DNA of 63,984 nucleotides, the filler included, from Octopus bimaculoides (lineage: Eukaryota), in assembly GCF_001194135.2 (NCBI RefSeq). It is 6 parts of 5 records of this genome, joined end to end, with 100 filler letters (N's around TTAATTAATTAA, not from the genome) between each part and the next. Parts side by side here need not be neighbours in the genome. Positions count along the whole stretch, not along the records: positions 1 to 5,503 come from NC_068983.1; positions 5,604 to 10,566 come from NC_069003.1; positions 10,667 to 40,513 come from NC_068983.1; 3 more parts are not named here. One strand, 5' to 3'. Positions 1-11,088 of this stretch are shown here, one piece after another; position 1 is the stretch's first letter; each line of letters begins with the position of its first letter. A program made the position numbers and the translations under genes. The notes under the pieces were generated by a model that did no database searches, was not told the origin of the DNA, and saw only the letters and a list, made by a program, of their open reading frames with translations.

Positions 1-168
1 AATCACAAATACTCTGCTTTAATCAAATATGCTCAGAAATTTTGGGTTATCTGACTTTCCTGCACTTGCTCAGTTGCACATTTCCTTTCTTTACTCGCTG
101 CCGATGCAACCCTCCACCACCATTCACTATGTACTCTCGCACAGTGAACCACACGTCGTCTCGTCCAA

Positions 169-206
169 TCTCTCTCTTTCTCTCTCACTCTCTCTCTTGC
201 TCTCTT

Positions 207-258
<52 letters not shown>
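169..258. repeat. (CT)n microsatellite
   Basis: Direct reading. Confidence 0.97.
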
Positions 259-264
<6 letters not shown>

Positions 265-589
265 TCTCTTTCTGGTCCTTTCTGTTCCTTCTTTTCAATA
301 CATGTGTCTGCGTACCTAATTTACTCAGATGCGTGACAATCGCCCCTTCACCATCATCATAATTGAAGTCGTGAAATCGAATCACAAATGTCGGTCCATC
401 GGCGACTAAACCGACAACCCAACAAAACCCTCTTTATGAATGTAATGACAAATTAAAATCATCACATCTGCGCTCGTGAGACCCGAACCTCGGGTGAAGG
501 TCTCCCGTAAGGCAAGTGTCCCACTGCACAGCAGAGTAGACCTGGTCGTTATTGGAATACTGCTATAGAGACTAGAATAAAACGGACTC

Positions 590-738
590 AAAATGACGAT
601 AGAACTGTAATAGAATGTTATTACAGAAGTAAGCCTACAAAAATAGGATACCGGAGAAGAATACATAAAATTTGGACAGAGGGAATGTTCCCATTACGGA
701 GTAAAGACTTCTAGACCAAGACAAATTATTGGTGAAAA

Positions 739-788
<50 letters not shown>

Positions 789-3205
789 TATCCCGGTTGG
801 AATTGGGGGAGATCTCCATAATAATGAAAGAGTGTGAGTGTGTCTACGCTGAATACGAAGAACAAAACAATCATAGAAAAGAAGAGAGTGAGGGAAAGAT
901 AGAGGAACGAAATGCGAGGGTTATATAACATAAAACACAAAGGACTACAAGTGTTAAAGAAAAATTAATACAAAGAATCAAAGCAGTGTCTTGTAAGAAA
1001 AAAAGAACCCAGACTAACAGAGAACAAATCAGTACCAACAGAATATATTTTTCAAGAACAACAAAAGAAAATTCTATAAACAACTGAACAATGAAGAGGA
1101 GCATCGGGGGAATATGTCAAATACTGAAGCAGAAAGAAAATCTACACAGAAATCTATTGCAAAGAAATTTAACATGATATAAAAGGAGACTGGTTGCGGG
1201 AATTTAAAAAGGAAATGGAAGCTCGAGTGACACAAGAAAATATAACAATCACAGGTAAGAGAGTGAAAGCGAAGATCAAGAAAATTCCAAGCTGAAAAGC
1301 CCTCGAATCAGACAGTGTCCAGGGTTTCTGGCTCAATAACTTCCCAACTACACACATTCGCATATGACAACTTTTTATTGACTGCATAGAAAATGGAACA
1401 CCAACATGGATGACAAAAGGAAGGACAATACTGGTAAAGAACGACAAAGAAAAGAGAGTCAGCAATTATAGACCTTTTACTTGCATACCACTACTCTGGA
1501 AACTAGTAACTGGCCACATAACAGATAAAGAATACAATTTTCTGGAAAATGAGAATTCATTGCTCGAGGAGCAAAAAGGATATAGAAAGAAATCAAGGGG
1601 AACTGCGGATCTGCTTTATATAGATAATAGAATATTAAATGAGGCACGAGTAACGAAGAAGAAATTAGCTGCTGGATGGGAAGGTTACGGGAAGGCTTAC
1701 GACGATGTCCTATACACCTAGCTCTTGGACTGATTGGAGACGCTCGGAGAAGATAAACAACTTTTTGAAAAAAGCAATGAGAGTGTGGGAAGTGGAAATG
1801 ACATGCGCAAATAAATCGCTATGTAACATAGAAATACACAGGACCATTTTCCAGGGAGTCTCGCCTTTTCCGTTACTCTTTATCATTGCGCTAGTACTTC
1901 TGACAAGTATACTGCGAAAATCCAGGCCTGCCTATGAGTTTACCAAATCTGAGATGAGAATAAATCATCTACTTCATATGGATAGCTTCAAGCTATTTAC
2001 AAAAATGAAATAGGCCTGTATTCTTTGATCCAAACAGTGACAGTATTCAGTAAAGATACAGGAATGCAGTTTGGTGTAGATAAATATGCAGTAATAATTA
2101 TGAAGAGAGACCGGACGACAAAGTCTAATGGCATCAAGTTACCACTAGACGCCATCTGATTGCTGTGAAATAATAAGGGATACAATTACCTAGGAATGAT
2201 GCAAGGCGAGAAGGGAGGATAAATGAGAGAGAAAGTCATTAAAATTAAAGAGAAAGTCGTTCGAAAGAAAATTAAATGGAGAGATCATCATTAAATCCAT
2301 AAATACATGTGCTATGCCAGTATTGAGACACATTGCTCCCTTTCTGAAATGCGCAAAGGTCGTGTTACATAACATGGGTAGAAAACTGCTCCTAATGCAC
2401 AACACACTCCACCCCATCTCCGGCTGACTCTCTCTATCAAGAAAGGGAGGTGGCAGAGGATTGCTAAACGCAGAAGATATTGTTAATACTACGATACNNN
2501 NNNNNNNNNNNNNNNNNNNNNNNNNNNNNNNNNNNNNNNNNNNNNNNNNNNNNNNNNNNNNNNNNNNNNNNNNNNNNNNNNNNNNNNNNNNNNNNNNNNN
2601 NNNNNNNNNNNNNNNNNNNNNNNNNNNNNNNNNNNNNNNNNNNNNNNNNNNNNNNNNNNNNNNNNNNNNNNNNNNNNNNNNNNNNNNNNNNNNNNNNNNN
2701 NNNNNNNNNNNNNNNNNNNNNNNNNNNNNNNNNNNNNNNNNNNNNNNAATGGTACTACATGGCCAATTCATGCAACAAACCGAAAAAGTTCGAAGTAAAG
2801 GTCGCTGGCTCTGGTCGACGGATGGAATGCTGAAATGAAAGACACAAACACTAATTATCGCTGCTCAGAAACAAGCCCTTAGAACAAATTTGATAAAGGC
2901 AAAGACCGATAAAACTAAGTCAGGCAGCAAAAGTTGAATGTGTAGGAAAGGAGACGAAAGTTTCAATCACGTTTTGAGTGAGTGCACTATACTATCACAA
3001 AGGGAGCACAAAAGCAGACGTGACTGTGCTGGCAAAAGAGTGCATAGGGATGTTAGCCTTGTGTGTGGCTTTAACACACGAACCAGAGGCTGTGATAGAA
3101 AATGAGAATTACATTGTCTTGTGGGACGTCCCTACAAAGACTGATCATATTTTTGAACCAAGAAGACCAGATGTGATACTAGAAGACAGAATAAACATCC
3201 AATAA
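590..3205 (+). mobile_element. Decayed R4/Dong-clade non-LTR retrotransposon (N-terminal region, RT, CCHC finger, restriction-like endonuclease), multiply frameshifted
   Basis: Translated fragments: VIECYYRSKPTKIGYRRRIHKIW (~600-685); SNYRPFTCIPLLWKLVTG...EQKGYRKKSRGTADLL...GKAYD (ORF 1410-1721); IFQGVSPFPLLF...INHLLHMDSFKLF (ORF 1705-2013); RKGGGRGLL (~2440-2465); HGQF...W...LK..T..LIIAAQKQALRTN (2758-2890); MCRKGDESFNHVLSEC; VLWDVPTKTDHIFEPRRPDV (ORF 2978-3205). The order and motifs match R4/Dong ORFs as I know them. Confidence 0.85.
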
Positions 3206-4190
3206 TCTATCCTTCGTTACACCACACAGCCCAGGAAACACAGAGGTTTACAATACCCAAGAATGAAACAAGCATTTGAAATACACAAAATAATCAAAAG
3301 TTAAAGACAATCAAAGTTCCCACCAAAATTCCTCACAAGTGCTAAATAACCTTCCACAATTCCTACACCAACAGTCAAAAAGTGTGGCCGCCCCAATTGC
3401 AGGACTTGCATCAACATTATTGAAGACACAACAAATTCAAATCAGGACAGACTTTTACCGTAAAAAAATCACTTTACATGTCCTTCAAGGAATTTAGTAT
3501 ATGCTATCAAATGTCAAGGATCTAATGAAGATTACATAGGTCAAACAAATCTTACTCTACGAAACAGACCGAACATTCACCAACAACAAATACGAGACCC
3601 CAGTACTAGACAGATCCCACTGAGTGATCCCACCAGACAGATTAAATTTGGTCTTTCTTGATTATAACTAAACATATTCACTCAACCGCATCGGCCCACT
3701 TTCTAGGCGCAAAATATACTATCACGTGACACCAAGGCACGGAACTTAGCAGAAAACATACAAAAGATTATAAACTTAATCATGTGTTCATTCTCTACAA
3801 ACACTTGACAGAAAACATTCATAGCATTGATTGTTTGGATTTGTTCATTCAATGTGTCAGCCTTAACATACGACGCCAAACATTGTCGCTTGCTACTAAC
3901 ACACGGAGGTAGCAGTGAACCTACAAAAATTTCTAAAACCAGTCATGTGACTATCCTCTATCAATCAAATCTTATTCAAAGCATATACTATTTTGAGTCA
4001 TGAATTCCTTATAAAAACAGGGAAAATTTCAAACGCCACGTCTTTCTATTTGAGCTTTTTGAAAATCAGTGTAAACTGTGAAACCGGTTGAAGCTTCAAA
4101 TATTTTAATAAAATATTTTAATTATTCTCAGTGCATCTTTAACTTCTATTTTTCCTATATTTCTACCCGTGTGGAATAAAATATCTTTGT
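3206..4190 (+). mobile_element. Penelope-like element 3' fragment (Zn-linker, GIY-YIG endonuclease, terminal region)
   Basis: IIKS*RQ...FLTSAK, KKCGRPNCRTC (~3378-3410), and FTCPSRNLVYAIKCQGSNEDYIGQTNLTLRNRPNIHQQQIRDP (3473-3600). This is the PLE CxxC linker followed by the GIY-YIG pattern VY-x-YIG-T-R-H. Confidence 0.85.
4052..4097 (+). ncRNA. Decayed minimal type I hammerhead ribozyme motif
   Basis: GAGCUUU-UUGAAAA-UCAG UGUAAA CUGU-GAAA-CCGG-UU-GAAGCUUC. It has a 7-bp stem I, palindromic stem III ACCGGU and a GUU triplet. The core has 2 substitutions versus CUGANGA. Confidence 0.55.
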
Positions 4191-5503
4191 TTTANNNNNN
4201 NNNNNNNNNNNNNNNNNNNNNNNNNNNNNNNNNNNNNNNNNNNNNNNNNNNNNNNNNNNNNNNNNNNNNNNNNNNNNNNNNNNNNNNNNNNNNNNNNNNN
4301 NNNNNNNNNNNNNNNNNNNNNNNNNNNNNNNNNNNNNNNNNNNNNNNNNNNNNNNNNNNNNNNNNNNNNNNNNNNNNNNNNNNNNNNNNNNNNNNNNNNN
4401 NNNNNNNNNNNNNNNNNNNNNNNNNNNNNNNNNNNNNNNNNNNNNNNNNNNNNNNNNNNNNNNNNNNNNNNNNNNTATATATGTGACAGGCTTTTTTCAG
4501 TTTCTGTCTACCAAAACCACTCACGTGGCTTTGGTAGGTCCGAAGCTATAGTAGAAGACACTAGCCCAAGGTGCCACACAGTGGGACTGAACCTGGAACC
4601 ATGTAGTTGGAAGTAAGCTTCTTACCACACAGCCACGCCTGTATGATGTGAATTATATAATAAGTGTTTGGTATTTAATATGAAGTATGCGCAACTGAAA
4701 GAAAACTACTTATAGATTAGATGTATGTAATCTAAAGTGACCATATGACCTTCACCTCATTCAAACCTGATGAGAAGTTCTGATCGTTTTACTTTTTCAA
4801 TCTCTCTCTCTCTCTTCTCACTTACATACACACACTCTCTTCTCACTTACATACACAGTCCCTCTTTATCTATCTATCTAAGTATCTATCTATCTATCAT
4901 TTGTTAACCAAAACAAAATATATAATTACTTCAGTCGTATCGTTTTTAGTTTATCTAACTTTATACAAGTGTAGTCAAAAAGATAAAGTCCTCTGTTTAT
5001 ACTGTCTTTGTATCAACATTTGTGATTAGAAATGCAGCTAATTTATCATTTTAAAGCCAATGACACCTAACAAGTATGGGAGACAACTGTGAATATGTTT
5101 TTGACTGTATTCTGATCTCACTAACAAAGCATAGTCTCCATTGTACTTGGTAAAGCAGGAGTGGAAGAATTACTAAATAAATGGACAAGATTGTGCAATG
5201 GAAGGGCCTAGTTTGAGGTGCAAGGATCTCTAAAAGTAGTTGAAGATGTAAAGTGAGGCCAAAGCTATTGATCATGCAGATAACCTTTTTAATTGGAAGG
5301 AATTTTATATTTTCATAATGTAATTAGGTTTATCATTTTTCCGTTGCAGGACAAACATTCTACAATTATAATAGTTACATTTGGACTTTAGAAAAGATTA
5401 CTTACTGCTTAAACCCAATCTTGTATGTAACATTATTTAGCCAGTGAGCTTATTCATTGGAATTTATATTACTTATTAGATTATCTATAATCAAGCTTGA
5501 TAC

Positions 5504-5603
5504 NNNNNNNNNNNNNNNNNNNNNNNNNNNNNNNNNNNNNNNNNNNNTTAATTAATTAANNNNNNNNNNNNNNNNNNNNNNNNNNNNNNNNNNNNNNNNN
5601 NNN
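5504..5603. other. Artificial 100-bp scaffold spacer: N44-TTAATTAATTAA-N44
   Basis: The same 12-mer sits inside N runs at 5548, 10611, 40558, 56291 and 62448. It gives stop codons in all six frames. Confidence 0.95.
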
Positions 5604-5886
5604 TACATATATTTATATACTTATATATGTGTGTGTGTGTAAATGCGTGTGTGTGTAAATGTGTGGGTGTAAAATGTGTATGAGTAGTTGGATGTATATG
5701 TATATTTACATATATATATATATAAGCACGTGTGTGTGTGTGTGTATGTGTGTGTGAAAGGTTGCATATGGCTGAGATATTGTGTATACGTGTGTATCCT
5801 TGCGTCAGTATGTATATCCGTGCGTAGATGTATGTTGGTTTATGTGTGCATTTGTGTGTGTGTGTGTGTGTGTGTATCTGCGTGTG

Positions 5887-5926
<40 letters not shown>

Positions 5927-6524
5927 NNNNNNNNNNNNNNNNNNNNNNNNNNNNNNNNNNNNNNNNNNNNNNNNNNNNNNNNNNNNNNNNNNNNNNNNNN
6001 NNNNNNNNNNNNNNNNNNNNNNNNNNNNNNNNNNNNNNNNNNNNNNNNNNNNNNNNNNNNNNNNNNNNNNNNNNNNNNNNNNNNNNNNNNNNNNNNNNNN
6101 NNNNNNNNNNNNNNNNNNNNNNNNNNNNNNNNNNNNNNNNNNNNNNNNNNNNNNNNNNNNNNNNNNNNNNNNNNNNNNNNNNNNNNNNNNNNNNNNNNNN
6201 NNNNNNNNNNNNNNNNNNNNNNNNNNNNNNNNNNNNNNNNNNNNNNNNNNNNNNNNNNNNNNNNNNNNNNNNNNNNNNNNNNNNNNNNNNNNNNNNNNNN
6301 NNNNNNNNNNNNNNNNNNNNNNNNNNNNNNNNNNNNNNNNNNNNNNNNNNNNNNNNNNNNNNNNNNNNNNNNNNNNNNNNNTGTGTGTGTGAATGGATGC
6401 ATGTGTATAAGTATGTATGTGTACATATATATATACATACATACATATGTACAACCATATATATGTGTGCGTATGTGTGTGTGAATGGATGCATGTGTAT
6501 AAGTATGTATGTGTACATATATAT

Positions 6525-6563
<39 letters not shown>

Positions 6564-6595
6564 TATACACATATATGTCTGAATATGCATATATG

Positions 6596-6626
<31 letters not shown>

Positions 6627-6830
6627 TACACCCATATATGTGTGTGCGTATGTGTGTGTGCGTATGTGTGTGTGTGCGTATATGTGTGTGTGGGTGAATG
6701 CATGTGTCAGCATGCATGTGTACATGTGTGTATGTATGTGTGTATGTATGTATGTATGTATTATGTATGTATGTATGTGTGTATATATGTATTATGTATG
6801 TATGTATGCATGTATGCATGTATGTGTGTA
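5604..6830. repeat. Compound (TG)/(TA)/(TATG) microsatellite field with a gap
   Basis: Direct reading. Similar fields occur at ~8240-8830, 10725-10970, 16350-17330, 40614-41070 and 59700-60260. Confidence 0.95.
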
Positions 6831-7406
6831 CGCTGTTCTAGTCTTTAAATTCCAACTGAGAGGACGAAATATGAAAAAAAAATGGAAAAAAAAACGAAAG
6901 AAAGAAACATCAGTCTCCAACCAAGAAGCAATTTTCGCTCATTCAAAATTCAACAACAATAACAGTTCTGTATTACCACATGCTGAAGTTTGGATGAATC
7001 TCACATATTTGCACTGTTCCGCTTAGACAATTAAAGACATGCCTTTCTTTTTGTTCTTGTCTTTGAAATTTCTACTATAAAGAAAATGATTGACTGTTGT
7101 AACGTTAACTACGGAACGCAATCAAAGGCACAATCGAAATCTTTGAACATAGCGAAATTAGGTGTTGTGAATATTTATGAATTTGCAAGTATATGCTTAG
7201 CGCCTGAGGGTGGATGGGTGAACAGCGGTTTGGTGTGGTGTGGTGTGAGACGACTGGGCACGGAGCTTTGGCGATAGCGATTGGGCGCGGGGCTTTGGAG
7301 ATTCGGCGCGGCTGGATTGGATTGTGAATCTGTTTTGGTGACAGTACTTTTAGCACTGAAGGCAAACTCAAGCACGCGGGGGAAGGGGGCAGAAATAAGC
7401 AACGTC

Positions 7407-7572
7407 GTTAATTTTCGTCACTACCTCCCTGTGTCGAGAGTGGGTAATTTGCACGCCTGCTGCCTTCCTTGGATGTGGTAGCCGTTTCGCATGCTCCCTC
7501 TCCGGAATCGAAGTCTGATTCTCCGTCACCCGTTGCCACTACGGTCGGCACTTACCGGACCGTCGACAGTTG
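7407..7572 (-). rRNA. Isolated 18S rRNA fragment (pseudogene-like, ~166 bp)
   Basis: The reverse complement reads ...GGGTGACGGAGAATCAGACTTCGATTCCGGAGAGGGAGCATGCGAAACGGCTACCACATCCAAGGAAGGCAGCAGGCGTGCAAATTACCCACTCTCGACACAGGGAGGTAGTGACGAAAATTAAC, a conserved eukaryotic SSU rRNA segment. The flanks are not recognisable as rRNA. Confidence 0.92.
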
Positions 7573-8993
7573 TATTGTTTCTGAGAAAAACAAATCAACA
7601 AATATCCGAAGGTGGGATCTTTCACCCTTCAAAGCAAACCAACTCAACTCAGTTTAATTTTTCTGAAGAACAGTGAACCTCGAAGCTGATGAAGCTTTAA
7701 GGTGAAAATATTGAAGAAAAAAATCGAAGGATGCCCGTGAATCACTTTTAATTATCTTTTAATCAACAAACTTTTATTGATTAACTTTTGCCGACACTGA
7801 CCTCTGAACACTACCAATGTCTTTGATTTCCATATTTTACCTTCAGTCATTTCGATCCCGAAATTTTGGTCCACACCCATTCAGTAGAGCATCATAAACA
7901 ACATCGTCGACTGGTTGACATAGAAACAGATTTTTTAAAATAAATAATTCAGAGCATTTGGTTCTGCTTGTTACTTTTTCTTCATTTTTATTTTGATTTT
8001 AACGAACCGAGCGAAAATCAACAAAGCATGGCGAATGTTCTTTTCAAGCAGATTGGTGTATTTTGTAACAAATACGTTGGGTGATTTGATTAAAATCTAA
8101 AGGTAATCTGAACATATCAAGTTACAGTCATAGATTTGAAACATCTCGGTATGTTGTGAGGTCTTTATTCGGATTCCAACAAAATTACATTTCTTTACTA
8201 CATGAACGCCACCTTTGACAACAATCCAACAGCATACTAGCAAGAATGTGTGTGTGTGTAGAAGTGTCTATGTGTGTATAGACGTGTGTGTGTGTGTGTG
8301 TGTGTGTGTGCCCGTGTGTGTGAATGTGTATGTGTGCTTTTGTAGAAGTGTGTGTGTGTGCCCGTGTGTGTGAATGTGTATGTGTGCTTTTGTAGAAGTG
8401 TGTGCTTTTATGCTTGTGTGCATGTGTAGAAGTGTTTGTGAAGATATGTTTGTATAGATGTGTGTGTATACTTATTTCTGTGTTTGCATGTGTATATGTG
8501 ATTGATTGTGTGTGAGTATGTGTTTGCATGTATTTGCGTCTGTTTACGTGTATGCACGCACAAACACACACACACACACACTCGAGCGTGCGCGTGTCTG
8601 TATGCGTATCTGTAAACGTGTGTCTGTGCGCGTGTGAATATGTGTGTGTGTGTGCATTGGAATCTGTTGTTGACAAAAATATATCCACCTGGTGCATGAG
8701 ACCTTTTCGTGATGACTTCAATTTAAGGAAGGGCTATCGCACACGCACGCACGACCACACACACACACATACATACACACACACAAATACACACACAAAC
8801 TCACACAAACATATACACTCTCACAAACATGCACATTCACACACCTTAGGCCTACCATTATCACACGACGCTCATAAATCAGAACTAGGCTTCAGATTTG
8901 ATGTCACGGTTGAACAGTTGGGACGACCAGTGTAATACTCCAGTCTAAGTTTGAGTTTTGAGTTCTGGATTTTAAATCACTCTCCGTCTAGAC

Positions 8994-10235
8994 CGGAGGT
9001 TTTCAACTTTTTTTTTTTTTATCAATGGACCCCTTTGATTACTATTTTATTCTGGTGGNNNNNNNNNNNNNNNNNNNNNNNNNNNNNNNNNNNNNNNNNN
9101 NNNNNNNNNNNNNNNNNNNNNNNNNNNNNNNNNNNNNNNNNNNNNNNNNNNNNNNNNNNNNNNNNNNNNNNNNNNNNNNNNNNNNNNNNNNNNNNNNNNN
9201 NNNNNNNNNNNNNNNNNNNNNNNNNNNNNNNNNNNNNNNNNNNNNNNNNNNNNNNNNNNNNNNNNNNNNNNNNNNNNNNNNNNNNNNNNNNNNNNNNNNN
9301 NNNNNNNNNNNNNNNNNNNNNNNNNNNNNNNNNNNNNNNNNNNNNNNNNNNNNNNNNNNNNNNNNNNNNNNNNNNNNNNNNNNNNNNNNNNNNNNNNNNN
9401 NNNNNNNNNNNNNNNNNNNNNNNNNNNNNNNNNNNNNNNNNNNNNNNNNNNNNNNNNNNNNNNNNNNNNNNNNNNNNNNNNNNNNNNNNNNNNNNNNNNN
9501 NNNNNNNNNNNNNNNNNNNNNNNNNNNNNNNNNNNNNNNNNNNNNNNNNNNNNNNNNNNNNNNNNNNNNNNNNNNNNNNNGGGTACACGTGTCTGTGAAG
9601 TGCTCAGCCACTTGCACGTTAATTTCACGAGCAGGCTGTTCCGTTGATCGGATCAACTGGAACCCTCGACGTCATAAGCGACACACACACAGCACACAAC
9701 TTGTGTAGGTTGAACAATGTAAAACGTGGCCCTCAACCATTTTTGGATCTATAGACCCCTTTGAAATTTTATCTTAATTTGGTGGTTCCCCTTAGCCATT
9801 CGATGTTTAAAAACTAGTTTCATAGAAACTTCTTTCAAAATTCCTATTTTGTTTTTCACACATTAAGTTGTGAAGGTTGAACTACGCAAAACGTGATTCT
9901 CAACCATTAAAAGATTTTTTTTATCCATGGACCCTTTGAAATACTATTTTATTGTGGTGAACCTCTATATCCATTCGGTGTTTCAAAAATTAGTTTTATA
10001 GAATCTTCTTTCAAAATTCCTATTTTGTTTTTCACACGTTAACCTATGTAGGTTGAACTATGTAAAGTTTTAGAGAAAAAAAAGCCCCAGCTGTTTCTGG
10101 CAATACATACCAATACATACATCTAAAGCAAAATTTTTTCAGGGGCCCTTAAACTGCTATTGTGGATCCCCATGGACCCCCAAAAATCTTACATGCACCC
10201 TCAAGGGCCATATGGACCTCGGTTGAGAACCTCTA
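8994..10235. mobile_element. Non-autonomous hAT (Charlie-like) element with internal ~170-bp tandem units, interrupted by a gap and a SINE tail
   Basis: The TIR CGGAGGTTTTCAAC pairs with GGTTGAGAACCTCTA. The 8-bp TSD GTCTAGAC (8986-8993) / GTCTGGAC (10236-10243) matches the NTCTAGAN target of Charlie-type hATs. Confidence 0.75.
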
Positions 10236-11053
10236 GTCTGGACTCATAAGCAAAGCTGAACTCACCGTTGCAAGGTATTGCATATTCTAAAAATTAGTCA
10301 CGAGAAGAGGGACAGCGCCCTCTGGTGAATGATGTAGCTGAGGTCCTCTTCGCATGACTAGCTTCAGGCCGATATCGGTCTGAAAAAGATATGCCAACTG
10401 GGGGTTGTTGCTGCTGTGCTCGTTGTTGTTTTAACTCAAGGACATGACTGATCTGACACACAGACCTACAAATCACTAGCTCGCTCGTGTGCGCACACAC
10501 ACGCCGTGCAAGCACCTACAATATGGACAAACAAACATGGATATGCACACCGATCACACATACATTNNNNNNNNNNNNNNNNNNNNNNNNNNNNNNNNNN
10601 NNNNNNNNNNTTAATTAATTAANNNNNNNNNNNNNNNNNNNNNNNNNNNNNNNNNNNNNNNNNNNNTATACCTGTATTGAGTACTCAAATAATTTTATTC
10701 GAGTAAATTCATTTACACGATGCACGTACATATACAGGTATATATATATATATATATATATACATACATACAAACATGCATGTACGCGCATATATATGTA
10801 TATACATGTGCATATATATATATATATATATATATGCATATAGATACACATATATATGCATCTATCTAGCTATCTCTGTCTTTCTCTCTCTCACATTCAT
10901 ACAGACATATATACATACACACACGCACGTACGTATGTATGTATGTATGTATGTGTATATATGTATGTATAGGTCCCCATAATGTTTTTCTTAGCAAGGA
11001 GCTGTAATGCTTTGCTTTGTATTTGTACTGCGCTATTGGAAATAGAAAGGAAA

Positions 11054-11088
<35 letters not shown>

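Noticed and set aside
478-504. HDV-like ribozyme in the R4 5' leader
   Set aside because: Only a nested hairpin (GAGAC/GTCTC plus CCGA/TCGG) is visible. I could not build the double pseudoknot, and an RNArobo HDV search would settle it.
5350-5422. Candidate 73-bp coding exon (good AG/GT, QTFYNYNSYIWTLEKITYCLNPI)
   Set aside because: No recognisable protein. Another frame reads LHLDFRK like a decayed CR1 RT motif, and there is no partner exon support.
7133-7150. 5.8S-like ATCGAAATCTTTGAAC near the 18S fragment
   Set aside because: Too short, opposite strand to the 18S piece, and no flanking 5.8S similarity.
7658-7722. Hammerhead-like CTGAAGA / CTGATGA...GAAA-ATATT
   Set aside because: It has a palindromic AAUAUU, but position 17 is G (not cleavable). 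No single register gives the core, stem I and stem II together.
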